From the NCBI RefSeq assembly GCF_006345805.1, contig NC_042999.1:18538001-18602000 (forward strand): a DNA stretch of 64,000 nucleotides, given 5' to 3'. Under the pieces are notes generated by a model. That model saw only the letters and a list, made by a program, of their open reading frames with translations, searched no databases and was not told the origin of the DNA. Source of the stretch: Octopus sinensis. Taxonomy: Eukaryota. The position numbers and the translations under genes are program-made. Position 1 is the stretch's first letter; the number at the start of each line of letters is the position of its first letter. Below are positions 12,247-25,183 of this stretch, in pieces.

Positions 12247-13711
12247 ATTAGATTGGTTGGACACTAGATGAATGTATATTTTCGTGTAGAATATATCGAT
12301 AGGAATACCAAGTTAAAAATCTGGAAAACAAAAAATATCCTATCAATAACAAATTTTTAAAAAATATAGATTTACATTATATTAAAATAAAGTTAAGTAT
12401 GATCATTACACAGGCAATAACTTGCAACAGTAGATAAAATAAAATTACTTCATTATACCGCGTATTTCCTACACACTAACAATATAGATTTCAAGGCAAA
12501 TTACATATTCTTTAGCAAATGATATTTTTCTCGTTTCTTCCAACCAGTTATTTTTACCATTTTTTTTTCTTTCTCCACAAGGTCGTTAGTGAACATTCGC
12601 ATGACAGAATTTGTCATTCACATTGGCCAAGAATAATATTACTAATGGAGCTGCGCGCAGTGTGTATTTTAGATTTATGAAAGCCCCGAACCAAAAAAAA
12701 AAAATAATAATAAAACACAAACTCAGAATCAACAAGTAAAAAATACAAATTTCTCAACCAAAACCAAATTAGGGTGGTTAGCAGACAACAAGGGATACTG
12801 CATGATTCCAGAAATATTTCCTTTGAAATGTCCAATACAACGCTTGTTCGCTTGTTCAATTCAATAGATCTATTTCAGTGAACTAGTGGCATAATTTGCC
12901 ATTTCCTGTGCATTTATTTCTCATTTGACTCTTTTCATGTTCTTTTTCCTTATTTTTCACTTCCTTCCTCTTTAGTATTCATTTATTAAGATTGTTTGTA
13001 AACTGATATTTTTTATATTTAATGATGTATAAATGTGCGTGCGCCTGTATGTGTATACAGATATAATATCCATATACATACACACACACACGCGCGCGCA
13101 TATCATTTTACATCGTTCAAGTTTAGAAACGCATATTCACATGCATATCTACATGCTTGCCCACACACACATATGCAGATATACCCATATATACATATCT
13201 ATGTGCTTGCGTAACTTATTCAAATATAACTGAGTATTAGTGTGTATGCGTGTAGGAGGGTCTGTATATATAATGCAGAATTTAATATGCATATATTCTG
13301 TTTGAAACTTGGATTTCCATGTTAATACACGGAATAGAGACTAATATGAAAATTGAACGTTCTTCTTTAAACATCCGTATAATAACCATTCTACTGCATC
13401 CCCTCGATGTAATATACTTTCAGTTACACAACACCGAAATTTGAAATTAAGCATTCGTGTGTCCTCAAACACAACTGCGATAGACACGGATAATTTTACT
13501 CTTGGAAACAGGAAGATGACTTCAAGAAAAAAAAAGCGTACACGGGCAAAACCCTACGCCGTCAAAGTTGTGGAGCGCAAATCTTGTCGTTGACCTTAAA
13601 AATATTATGGATCTCCAATTTACAATTTTGATTGCGTGGGCCCCACAAAAATCTGTTTTAATGTTTCTCTCCTTTTACCTATCTCTACCTCCCTCCCCTT
13701 CACTCTCTCTT

Positions 13712-13855
13712 TCTGTTGTGTGGTCGCCCCAAGACGATGAAGTAGGCTAGCCCAATGCATAGATATAGTGGAAGAAGCCTAGACATCAAGAGTAGTAGGG
13801 TAGAGAGAGCAGAGTAGAGTTCAGTAGAGGTCATCCGAACGTGCGACATAACACT
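13712..13855 (-). repeat. Unclassified dispersed repeat (pair of 1255-1377)
   Basis: See 1255-1377. Confidence 0.55.
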
Positions 13856-14427
13856 TTTTCTCTCTGCTTGTCTCTCTGTTTCTGTCTCTGTCTCTTTGTC
13901 TCTGCCTCTGTCACTCTATATCTGTCTCTCTGTCCACCTCTCTCTCTCTCTCTCTCTCAGTATGTATGTACATAACTTTGGGCACCTACTAGTACAGGTA
14001 TTGGTTTGCATTCCGTGCCTAAGCGTATTATTTCCTTAAACAGGCTGAACATCCAGTCCTCCGTGCCAATACCGGATTACAGGAGCATAAAAAGCACCAA
14101 AACAGGGAGCGATTGTGTGTGGTTTGCATAATTCCTGCTGACGAACGCATTCATTGTATCAATATATTTTTAATCAAAATGTTCTCATTCACTTTGAATT
14201 CGTTTCACTGAGAATAAAAGCGTTAAGTTAATGTTTGATTAAAATTGAAATGAAGAAACCCCTATACAAGCAATTATCTTGGCACGAAATATAAATTAAG
14301 ACAACCAGATGAAATACAAGACCCGCATTGTACTGTATGATGTAATTGATAATATGATGCATTAAACAGTATCGTTGTGTTTCTATACACCGGGAAATAG
14401 TGGTTTAACAATATCATTTCTTGATAA

Positions 14428-14830
14428 GGCGGCGAGCTGGCAGAAACGGCAGCACGCCGGGCGAAATGCGTAGCCGTATTTCATCTGCCGCTACGTTCTG
14501 AGTTCAAATTCCGCCGGGGTTGACTTTGCCTTTCATCCTTTAGGGGTCGATAAATTAAAGACCAGTTACGTACTGGGGTCGATATAACCGACTTAATCCG
14601 TTTGTCTGTCCTTGTGTGTCTTCTCTGTGTTTAGCCCTTTGTGGGTAGTAAAGAAATAGGTATTTCGTCTGTCTTTATGTTCTGAGCGAAAATCCCGCCG
14701 AGGTCGACTTTGCCTTCCATCCTTTCAGGGGTCAACAAATTAAGTACCAGTTGCGTACTGGGATTGATCTAATCGACTGTCCCCCACCCACTAAAATTTC
14801 GGGCCCTGTGCCTAGAGTAGAAAATAATAT
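14428..14830 (+). mobile_element. SINE family A dimer
   Basis: Head plus two cores; TSD-like atttcttgata on both sides. Confidence 0.9.
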
Positions 14831-15596
14831 TTCTTGATAGTTTATACGCAATATCATTTTTTGATAGATTTGAAATCGAAATATGCATTTGTATAAGAAA
14901 ACTATACTTGAAAAATTAAGCACAATTTTATAAATGAGTGCCTGTATATATGCATTGGTCTATTAAATACGTATTGATTGCGCAAACGCAATTTTATATG
15001 CGATTAATAATAATTTGTTCATTATCATTAATGAACAAATAAGATAATTTATTATCTCCATCAATAAGGGTTCTAATAATTAATTTATAAACTGAGGGAC
15101 AAATAGGGAGTACATATCTCATCTTTATATATTATAATTTTTCAAATCCATCGCGCAAGTTCGGTTATAGTCGGCAGCAAAAAACAAAGAATATATATTC
15201 TTATATATATGCGTATGCATATGTCATCAATACGCATATATATGTGTGTGTCTGTATGTATATATTTACAGTATACGTGAATATGTACAGGTATATATAC
15301 GCTGACATTCATACTAAATTCATATTGACGCCTTTTTTACTAAAACAATGACAGACGTACTGCCAAGAAATGACATGAAACTCTAATAAATAAGGATTTA
15401 ATTTTCTAATGGGTTTCCCACTTTCTTTCTTGATTGCAGTAGTGTCAGCGCTCTAACCTTTGCTCCACTTTAGAGGAAAAAACTTCAAATGTCTTCTACA
15501 CTGCATCAAGGTATTAAAATCTAAATCATCATCATCACTACTCTTAAGCCCTTGTAAAAGCAGAAACAGTATTTATAGAAAAAGCGGCAGCGGCAA

Positions 15597-15643
<47 letters not shown>

Positions 15644-15822
15644 TAGTAGTAGTAGTAGTGGTGGTGGTGTTACTAGTAGTATTAGTAGTAGTAGTAGTGT
15701 TGCTAGTGATAGTAACAGTTGTGGTGGTGGTGGTTGTAGTGATGTTGGTAGTGGTGGTGGAGAATGTAGTATCAGTATTAATTGCAGTGGTCATGGCAGT
15801 AGTAGTTTTAGTAGTAGTAGTA

Positions 15823-15859
<37 letters not shown>

Positions 15860-15975
15860 CAGCAGCAGCAACAGCAGAAACATTAGTAATGGTAGAATTA
15901 TTATTATTATTATTATTATTATTAGTAGTAGTAGTAGTAGTAGTAGTAGTATAGTAGTAGTAGTAGTAGTAGTAG
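15597..15975. repeat. (TAG)n/(TTA)n/(TGG)n compound microsatellite
   Basis: Direct reading. Confidence 0.95.
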
Positions 15976-16160
15976 CCCTATCGTCCGTAAGCTCATCACT
16001 AATATCTGCTGTCACTAAAACAATTAGACGACAAGATAGTGCTGTTACATCCCTGGTACTTATGTGAATTTTTGCCACACTTATAGTTATTTCTTTATTT
16101 TGACTGTGTTATATTTACACATTGAAAACATACACATACCTTTATACGCGCGCACACACA

Positions 16161-16194
<34 letters not shown>

Positions 16195-16197
<3 letters not shown>

Positions 16198-16412
16198 AAA
16201 GTATAAGCCCTACTTCTAAAATCTCTCTAAGAGATGAACGCAGTAGTTGTGCTAACTAGTAATGTTCGTAACCTCTTCAGCATTGGTGTCGGTTCGAACG
16301 GACTTTACTGCGATTGTTTAACCCCACGAGGACATTTCCTTTAACTGGTTAACAATACACACATGCATCCAAGATAGATTTTGCGGGAAGGGGAGCGAAC
16401 CCCTTCTACTTT
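16195..16412 (-). mobile_element. Degenerate short repeat, possibly Penelope-derived
   Basis: Between TA/CA tracts; reverse complement contains CTGAAGAG, but stem II and GAAA are not intact. Confidence 0.3.
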
Positions 16413-16489
16413 ATATGTGTATATGTATATATATTAAACGCTTACATTTGTATGTATTATATACATGCATATCATATATCTATATGTGT

Positions 16490-16555
<66 letters not shown>

Positions 16556-17358
16556 CGGAGATGTACTCGCATAGCAAGTAATTTGATCTGAGATCGTGTG
16601 CTGAAACGAAAACAATTGCAGCGTGGAAGGTGTTTATAAGCCATTTAAGAAACACACAAAAGCCGTTCGATTCACTCCAACGTTTAAGTTTAATTTGTCA
16701 AAATATTTTCGTCGCTAAAATCCGCGACCTGTTCACTGACTAAGTCCGTGCTGCATCTAAGAAAGTAACAGTTAGTTCGTCATATATATGTACGTATGTG
16801 TGTGTGTATGTATGCATACATGTGTGTATGTATGTACGTATGCATGTACGCACATACGCCTGTGTGTGCATGTATGTATGTATGTATGTATGTATGATGT
16901 ATGTATGTATTATGTATGTATGTATGTATGTATGTATGTATGTATGTATGTATGTATGTATGTATGTATGTATGTATGTATGTATGTATGTATATATGTA
17001 CGTGTGTGTATAAGCACGCACATACACTCTATAAAACATAAAGTTATAAACCTGTAGCGATGGATGGATGTAGAGTGACCACTCATCACAACGCTATCAA
17101 ATTTCAACTCCCTACGGCCGAGGCTAGAAAGTGAATTTATGACGCTTGCTCACAAGAACTATACCCTAAAATCTATTATCAGATTTTTATCTCTATATCA
17201 CAGAACTAATGTTTTACTATTGTTCGTATGTATGTATGTATGTGCGTATGTATGTATGTGTATGTATGTATGTATGTATGTATGTATGTATGTATGTATG
17301 TATGTATGTGTGTATGTACATACGTACGCATGTGCGTATGTATGTATACGCGCTCGTA

Positions 17359-18175
17359 GAGTAATGAGGAATGTATCACCACTATGCCAACCACAAGAAC
17401 GACAACAACACATCCAGCACTACATATTCCGAATGCAACGCTCCGGATACACACAAGACGATAGAGTCAGGGTGTACAAAGGAGCGAAAGCTAGATTCGA
17501 ACGCATTCTAGGGAACGACGAAAACAGTATATGCCCCCTGTACCGTAACAAGTTCTGGAATAGGTTAGAGAGGGACACCAACAAAAAGATGAGAAACGTT
17601 ACTTGGTACGATAACAGGAGATTTCACGGAGTGATGTTCGTGGACGCCACACCTAAGAACGAGCAAAGTAAGGCATTCAAGAAAGTCCTGCGCACTACGG
17701 GCTTAAAAGTTAAAGTTGTAGAAAAGACAGGTAGGACTATCAAATCGGCATTATGCAGATCATATCCATTTGATAGAATCACCTGTCAGAGTAATTGTGC
17801 AGTGTGTTCGACAAATCCACACGTAAATTGTAAAACCAAGGGCACTGTATACCAGATTAAGTGCCAGGAGGGAGCTTGCGCGGCTAACCCGGAGTCATAC
17901 ATAGGTGAGACCTCTAGAAGCATCAATGATAGGTTCAAAGAAACCTGGACAACTACATTGAAAGGAAGCCAAACTCCATCTTCTACCAACATGCTGTAGA
18001 CTGCCACAAGGGATCCTTAGGGGAGCTTAAGTTGAACATCCTATCAACACATCCCACCGATGCAATGTTGAGACATGTCACAGAAGCTGTTTGTATACAA
18101 GAATACAAACCTACTCTCAACCGAAAGTCCGAATGGAATAACATCCAGAACCCATTCAGAAGGACTATTCTATAA
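17359..18175 (+). pseudogene. PLE ORF C-terminus: RT thumb/linker, Cys motifs and GIY-YIG endonuclease (one frameshift ~17940)
   Basis: VMFVDATP..VKVVEKTG..C..C....NCKTKGTVYQIKC...YIGETSRSINDRFKE / LDNYIERKPNSIFYQH...H...MLRHVTEAVCIQEYKPTLNRKSEW. Confidence 0.9.
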
Positions 18176-19187
18176 CCACCCCTCTCTCTCTCTCTCTCCC
18201 TTTCACCTGTAGTCCTTACATACAGGTTGCAATGCGTATGTGCAGTTATATACAACGGTATGAGCAGACGTTGTTTGATACGAACAGTTGCACCTAGGCG
18301 TTGTATCCATTCACGGTTAGACGATGATGAGAGGAACAAACACACACCCACACACATATATATATATGTGTGTGCGTCTATACTAACATATATGTAAATA
18401 TGTATACAACCTTCAGCAAAGTAACAGTCATGTACACAACTTTGACGGACACATGCCAGTACACGGACATACGTTCACATACACATACACATGTACACAC
18501 TCTCACGGACACATCTACCCATTCTCCTAGACACTCACATACATACGTAGCACATGAATACAAACATACATACATACCTACGTATGGGCATACACACGTA
18601 CATACGCACGTACATGTAAGCACACACATACATGGGCACATGCATACGAGCGCGTATACATACATACGCACATGCGTACGTATGTACATACATATATACA
18701 TACATACATACATACATACATACATACATACATACATACGCACATACATACATACATACGAACAATAGTAAAACATTAGTTCTGTGATATAGAGATAAAA
18801 ATCTGATAATAGATTTTAGGGTATAGTTCTTGTGAGCAAGCGTCATAAATTCACTTTCTAGCCTCGGCCGTAGGGAGTTGAAATTTGATAGCCTTGTGAT
18901 GAGTGGTCACTCTACATCCATCCATCGCTACAGGTTTATAACTTTATGTTTTATAGAGTGTATGTGCGTGCTTATACACACACGTACATATATACATACA
19001 TACATACATACATACATACATACATACATACATACATACATACATACATACATACATACATGCACACACAGGCGTATGTGCGTACATGCATACGTACATA
19101 CATACACACATGTATGCATACATACACACATACATACGTACATATATATGACGAACTAACTGTTACTTTCTTAGATGCAGCACGGAC

Positions 19188-19237
19188 TTTGTCAGTGAAC
19201 AGGTCGCGGATTTTAGCGACGAAAATATTTTGACAAA
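19188..19237 (+). ncRNA. Variant minimal hammerhead ribozyme (G3:C8)
   Basis: Stem I tttgtca/tgacaaa; core GTGAACA+g; stem II gtcgc/gcgac; GAA-AATATT-T; sense to PLE ORF. Confidence 0.65.
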
Positions 19238-19316
19238 TTAAACTTAAATGTTGGAGTGAATCGAACGGCTTTTGTGTGTTTCTTAAATGGCTTATAAACA
19301 CCTTCCACGCTGCATT

Positions 19317-19354
<38 letters not shown>

Positions 19355-19713
19355 TATATATACCAATTGGCGGTGTCCCAGCATGGCCACAGCTCGTGAG
19401 CTGAAACTAGATTAAATAAATTATATATATATATATATATGCATACATATACAGGCGCATACATAAATACATACATATGTAAATGAATGTGGTTTTAGAA
19501 ATCAATAAAACTTGTGAGTTGTTATTGACAAGTGTAAGAAGATTTGGTTTGAAATGCCTTCTTAATAGCAATGTTAATTGACGGAAGCATTGATCCAAAT
19601 TTCTTTCATTCAATGGAAATCGAAGAATACAAACAATATTCTTCCACACATCCTTTTATAGAAAGGATTGAGAAAGCCAGCCATAAGAAAAAAAAACGTA
19701 AGAAAGAAAATAA

Positions 19714-19744
<31 letters not shown>

Positions 19745-20640
19745 GGAGGGGTGCGTATGTGTGTGTTTGGAGAGAGAGACAGATAGACATAGATAGATAT
19801 AGGGAATTAGTTAGGTATTTAGGTAAGTAGGTAGGTAGGTAAGCAGGTAGGTAGGTAGGGATGTAGGTATGTAGGGATGTGGGTAGGTAGGTAGGTTGGT
19901 AGGTAAGTAGGTAAGCTACGTCGATAGACAGATAGAGAAGAAAGATTGGCTGTTCTATAACATAGATATGTAGATAGAGAGATGGATAGATATAGGTAGA
20001 TATTGATAAGTATGCATATTTGCATATGTGTGTGTGTGTCTGTGTGTAGCTGTTCCAGTGCTTCTTTGTGTGTGTGTGTGTCTGTGCCTATACCCCTTTG
20101 TATATGTGTGTGTGTTTCTATGTGTGTGAGTGTGCCTGCGCTTTTTTGTGTGTAAATTTACCAAATTCAGACAAAACTCATTTCTATTTTGCAGTCTATG
20201 TGTGACAATGTGAGGTTGCCATTTGCGATTATATAGAATTGGTGTTGATGAATATTTTTACAGCGATGATTTCTTATTGTAGCAGCTGTGCTATTTATTA
20301 TTGTAAACGAGTTTGGGATCTTTTAGTTCTCTATGTATTTATATGTTGTCCTAACACAAACGTTTCTTTCTGACGCTATTACTGACACAACGATGGTCTT
20401 TGTAGCAACATCAAATGTTATTGATGGACGCTTCTTATGATATTAAAGTCCGGGATGCTGTTGGTTCGACCATTTTTATTTTAGTTATTGTTTGTGACAG
20501 GGAGAAACATCATGTAGTCAATCCTCCAGATTATTCATGGCATATTTAAGACAATGTTGATATTTGTATTACTGTTAAAGATGCGATCTGGCAAAAAACT
20601 AAACGACATTTCATCTTTACGTTCTGTGTTCAAATAACCG

Positions 20641-21071
20641 GGATCTTTTCGGTTTGAACGGCAGTTTTTAACATAATTTCTAGGTAACTAAAAAAATTTA
20701 AACTTCGTATACTGGTAGAATGTGTTTATAAAACATCTTTTTCTCTTGGCTTTATTGAGAACATTCTATAGTTAGTAAGATATTTGTTGTTTTTTCTTCA
20801 ATTTCTGCAATTTTAACCAATCAAATAAGTCTATTGAGGTGAAAACATTCCGTGCCGTATGAATATGCCCCTCGTTTAAGAAACAGATTGGGTTTATTTA
20901 CATTTGTGAAGAAAAAATAGATACCCTTCTCCCCACCCCTAACCCTAACCCTAACTAACCCTAGCCCTAAAACAGATTGAAATGCAATAGATCGATACTA
21001 GGGTCATAGTTATGGGTGACAATTTCATATGACACCGCTAGAATAAACTGCCGTTCAAACCGAAAAGATCC
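20641..21071. mobile_element. Non-autonomous DNA transposon (MITE), Merlin-like
   Basis: 27-bp perfect TIR GGATCTTTTCGGTTTGAACGGCAGTTT; 8-bp TSD AATAACCG (20633-20640, 21072-21079); internal CCCTAA repeats. Confidence 0.9.
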
Positions 21072-21188
21072 AATAACCGTAGTAGTCGACTCTGTCTTTT
21101 ATCATTTCAGGGTCGATAAAGAAAGTAGCAGTGAAGCACTGGAATTGATGGAATCGACTTATTACTTGTCTCGTACTTGCTGCCTTTT

Positions 21189-21605
21189 CAGGGTTGGTTA
21201 AAGATCCATCGAGTCCATAAGCACTTAAAAGATTTTGGTGCCCCCATAAAAGATTATGTAATTCAAAATATAAACAATAACCACAAGACAAATTTTTATT
21301 TCTCAAAACGAAACAAAAGAGAGGGAAAATCATATTCCTTTTTTTTTATACTTCCACTTCATATTTGAAAAGTTTCTTCCTTCTTTTTTGGATTGCAAAG
21401 TCCTTGATCAGATCCTCAAAATTAACCTTAGGTAACACATCTGAATCTATACTTAGTAGAGATAAAGGCATCCTGAAAATCATTTTAATAAGTTTAAAGT
21501 GATTTCTTTTGTACAGTAAACCATTTACCATTTCTGTGGTACTGTCCTCCTACCCTTGATGCCCTAAGCATGTGCTTATTTTGCTTAATGGTTAATCCAG
21601 CGCTG
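21189..21605 (-). mobile_element. Internally deleted hAT transposon with dimerization-domain remnant
   Basis: FKLIK...LSLLSIDSDVLPKVNFEDLIKDFAIQKRRK (hATC C-terminus); imperfect TIRs CAGGGTTGGTTAA / CAGCGCTGGATTAA; TSD-like tgcctttt/tggctttg. Confidence 0.75.
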
Positions 21606-22185
21606 TGGCTTTGTGCCAAAATTTGTATTACCAGTAATGATCTAAAGAGTATGATTGTGAATACAATCGGCCAAAATGGGGCTCCACCGAAGGATCTCTG
21701 AGGTAACTTTGCTCCATAGGTTGCATAGATAAGAGTTCAAACTGTTTTACTAATTTGAATCACCACATATCCATATTGAGATGTTACAGCTATGGCACTA
21801 TGGGCATGTAATTAGAATGACATACGAAAGAACAGATGACAGATTCTTCAAGCCGAGCCAATAAATGGAAGACCTATTGGTAGACAAAGAACGGGATCGT
21901 CTCAGTTTGGTTGCACCTGTGGATTTGGTGTATTGATGTAATTTTCCACGCTGAATCTCAAGAGATAATACACTTTCTTCAGAAAAAGTTTTCGAAAAAT
22001 GTTACAGAGGTTGAAAATTTTGATAATTTTTGCCCAATCAGAAAACAGGATTTCGAAGCTCTCATTTTGTGCGTGACAGCACGTGTTGTCAACTGCAGAC
22101 AAATGTAATATTGGCGGAATTCTGCTTTACGCATGACATATAACATTTTGAGGAATTTTCAGAAAATTTTTGCGAATTAGCATTT

Positions 22186-22890
22186 TATACATTGGAATTC
22201 ATACGATTATGCAAACAACACTAAAAAAAATTGGTGAGTGATTTAAGGCCTATTTAGCTGATATTAATAACACATCTCATAATCACTTCATACCAAATGT
22301 GTCTTAAAAAGCGACAAAAAGAACACGTGGTAAGCAGCATGCTAACAGCTGAGCTTGTTACCACAGGAAAGAGTCGCGTATATGTCTTTAACTTTCGATT
22401 GGCTAAAATTACTCAAAATTTCCTAAATTTAAAAGTTATTAACTCTTTATTCATTGATTTATGGCAAAAATGAATTTCATGTCAATGACTACTTTACAAA
22501 GCTGCATCAACACACCAAATATGAAATTAAATGGGACAAGAACTGAAGAAAAGATCCCCGGACGGAAAAAATGCAGTCTCGGTCACGGTTTGGAATTTAG
22601 AGTAAAATTGTAATACTGGTTGCTTCTCATGTGACCTTACAGAGGAGGTGCCTGAAGACTATCCCAGGATTTGTAGGCGGAGAAATTTAATGTATCATCG
22701 CAGAATTAGTAATTTCTCTGGGTTGAGAAATTATATATGCTGCTAACCACGTGTTCTTTTTGTCGCTTATTAAGACACATTTGGTATGAAGTGATTATGA
22801 GATGTGTTATAAATATCAGCTAAATAGGCCTTAAATCACTCATCAATTTTTTTAGTGGTTTTTGCATAATCGTTTGAATTCCAATGTATA
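22186..22890. mobile_element. MITE with ~155 bp TIRs, TA flanks (Tc1/mariner-type)
   Basis: 22186-22341 is the inverse of 22737-22890, roughly 90% identical; ta-cattggaattc...gaattccaatg-ta. Confidence 0.7.
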
Positions 22891-24606
22891 TTTTTTTACT
22901 TACTTACGTCATGTCGGAACTGGTTCGGCGGCAGTTTGAATAGCTGATGATTAATATTTTCATGATGCTTCTAGGAATATTGTTATTTTTGCGAGAAAAC
23001 ACGTTCTTATTTTATCATGTTGTTGTTGCCCTTTATCATATCCCCTTGAATATGAGTTCTCAAAATTCTTTCATGAGTTTAAGTTTTCTATTCATCTCGT
23101 GGTATTCATTTCCTTTCCTGAAACTTTTCGAAAATTTCGTTATATATTTTTAGAGCAGAAAAGAATATAGTCGTTTGAAAGGAAACAAAAGGCAAATAAA
23201 TATAATAGAAACAGATCTAACCTACACTTGTCTCGCTTAACAGGATAACATTGTCATTATAAGAAGAAATCTAAAGAGGAGGATAAACGAAATATTGATA
23301 TGAATCGTAGAAAAGAAAAAAGGGTTTAAAAGGTCATTTAGAAAAGGAGGCTTTTTGGAATGCCGCCACTGATTAACAATATAAGAAATATATAGCTATC
23401 AATAAACCAATATGAGATTTGTTTTACTACAGGGTGTGTAAGTTGACTGTTAATGTGCTGCCAAGATATACTACGAACTTTATAGTCCGGAAAAGCTGCC
23501 TACACACTTTTTATTATTTTGGTTCTTATCTATTTTCTGAAGTGGTTTTAAATAAGTCTTTGTGCTTTCTTCTCTTACGTTCTCTTAATAATCATATGCA
23601 AACTCCATATCATTTATTATCTGTTGATATATCGATGAATGGAGAATGTTATATACTTTGACCCTGTAATGTAACAGAAGATGAAATAAGAAAGGAAGCG
23701 AAAAATTTATAGTAGAAAAACAACGGAATAAGAAAACTGACTTGAAATAGGAATTTAAAGAAAGACAGTAAAATAAGTTTTATTACAAGATAAATCCTCT
23801 CTCGCCTCCCTACAATAAATTGACCGTAACATACTCATTACTAGCACTCGCTCGTTTCAGATCTAGTGATATCTTTGGACTTATGATATCTAACGTAAAA
23901 ACCGTCTGCAAGGCCCTCGAAAATAATAAATGTTCTTAAGAATAGCGATAAAATCTTTAGAAATGTATGTTTTAATGTACATGCGTGTGCCTCTGGGAAT
24001 GTGCGTATGTCTGTTTTTATGCTTATGGATCTGTATGCTTGCGTTTGAATGTGTGTATGTGTGTATGTGTATTTGTGTGTGTGTGTGTGTGTGTTTGTAT
24101 GTCTTTCTGAATATCTTATTCCTCTCAAATATAAAATGCATTATATATTCTGTGCATGGTGTGAAATAAAAGGTGTTCATAAATTATCTTTACAACTTCC
24201 ACAGTTTATTTTAATGTATTGTCTAGATCTGTTGCGTGCAACAAATGGAGCTCGGGTGGAAATGTTTGTAAGTCTCTAATAAAAGTGGTTTGCTGATAAA
24301 TTCCACTGAGTTATAATTATTTTTCATTTATATCAGAACTTTTCAAGTTGTAGAGATAGTATATGTACATCCTATGCACAGTAGATTCGCAAAATTCCCC
24401 ACCCTGTAAGCAAAACTGTACCTACAGTAAGCAAAACGGTTGAACAAAACTGTAGCATAAGACATTATTCTTAATCCCTTTTTAAGCTCCTGTAGTGTTA
24501 TCGTAGATTACTGGATATAAACTCTGCTGTTGAAAGAGATAACGGTGCTCGTAACATATATTTTGTTTTACGACAGAGTAATCACAATTATTTAATAGGT
24601 GTATCT

Positions 24607-24860
24607 TATTCTTTTACTTGTTTCAGTCATTTGATAGTGGCCCTGCTTGGAGCAACGCCTTTAGTCGAGCAAATCGTCCCCAGGACTTATTCTTTGTAAG
24701 CCTAGTACTTATTCTATCGGTATGACTTTTGCCAAACCGCTAAGTTACGGGGACGTAACACACCATCATCGGTTGTCAAGCGATGTTGGGAGGACAAACA
24801 TAGACACACAAACGTATACACACACGCACACTTACACACACACACACATATGTATATATA
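24607..24860 (-). mobile_element. SINE family B, 3' half
   Basis: Matches 6592-6850. Confidence 0.85.
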
Positions 24861-24874
24861 TATTGTTATTATTA

Positions 24875-25183
24875 TTTTAACGGGTGGAAAGCTGAACCAT
24901 CCTGGGGTACAGAGGATTCGCAATCTAGATTAGGGTCTGAAAGATTTACCACACCATACTGGGTTACACAAAGGTTCCTCTGCTTTGTGGCAGAAGTAGG
25001 AAGAAAGAGTGAGACAAAGTTGTGGTGAAAGAGAACAGCGGAGTTCACCCCACCTCACCAGAGCCTCGTGGATTTTAGGCGTTTTTGCTCAATAAACACT
25101 CACAATTCCAGGTCTAGGAATCGAAACCGCGTTCTTACGACCGCGAGTCAACTGCCCTAATCACTGGGCCATTGCGCCTCTAC
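24875..25183 (-). mobile_element. SINE family C variant
   Basis: Head gaggcgcaatggcccagtg...gcggtttcgattcc; inverse of 26349-26741. Confidence 0.85.

Larger units (their letters stand above)
16557..19320 (+). mobile_element. 5'-truncated fold-back Penelope-like element (PLE)
   Basis: GIY-YIG ORF remnant flanked by ~700 bp inverted repeats (16610-17358 / 18645-19320); (TA)n at both ends. Confidence 0.9.
20575..21630 (+). mobile_element. Old family A-related SINE split by two DNA transposons
   Basis: Pieces 20575-20640, 21072-21188 and 21606-21630 join into a SINE consensus. Confidence 0.65.

Noticed and set aside
11343-12271. Long 270-300 aa ORFs (MYVC/HTYI repeats)
   Set aside because: Translations of a stop-free (TATG)n microsatellite; the same applies to all YIYI, poly-V, poly-L and poly-I ORFs.
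17139-17358. N-terminal part of the 286-aa ORF as PLE protein
   Set aside because: It lies in the inverted arm and microsatellite; real PLE coding starts at the junction ~17359.
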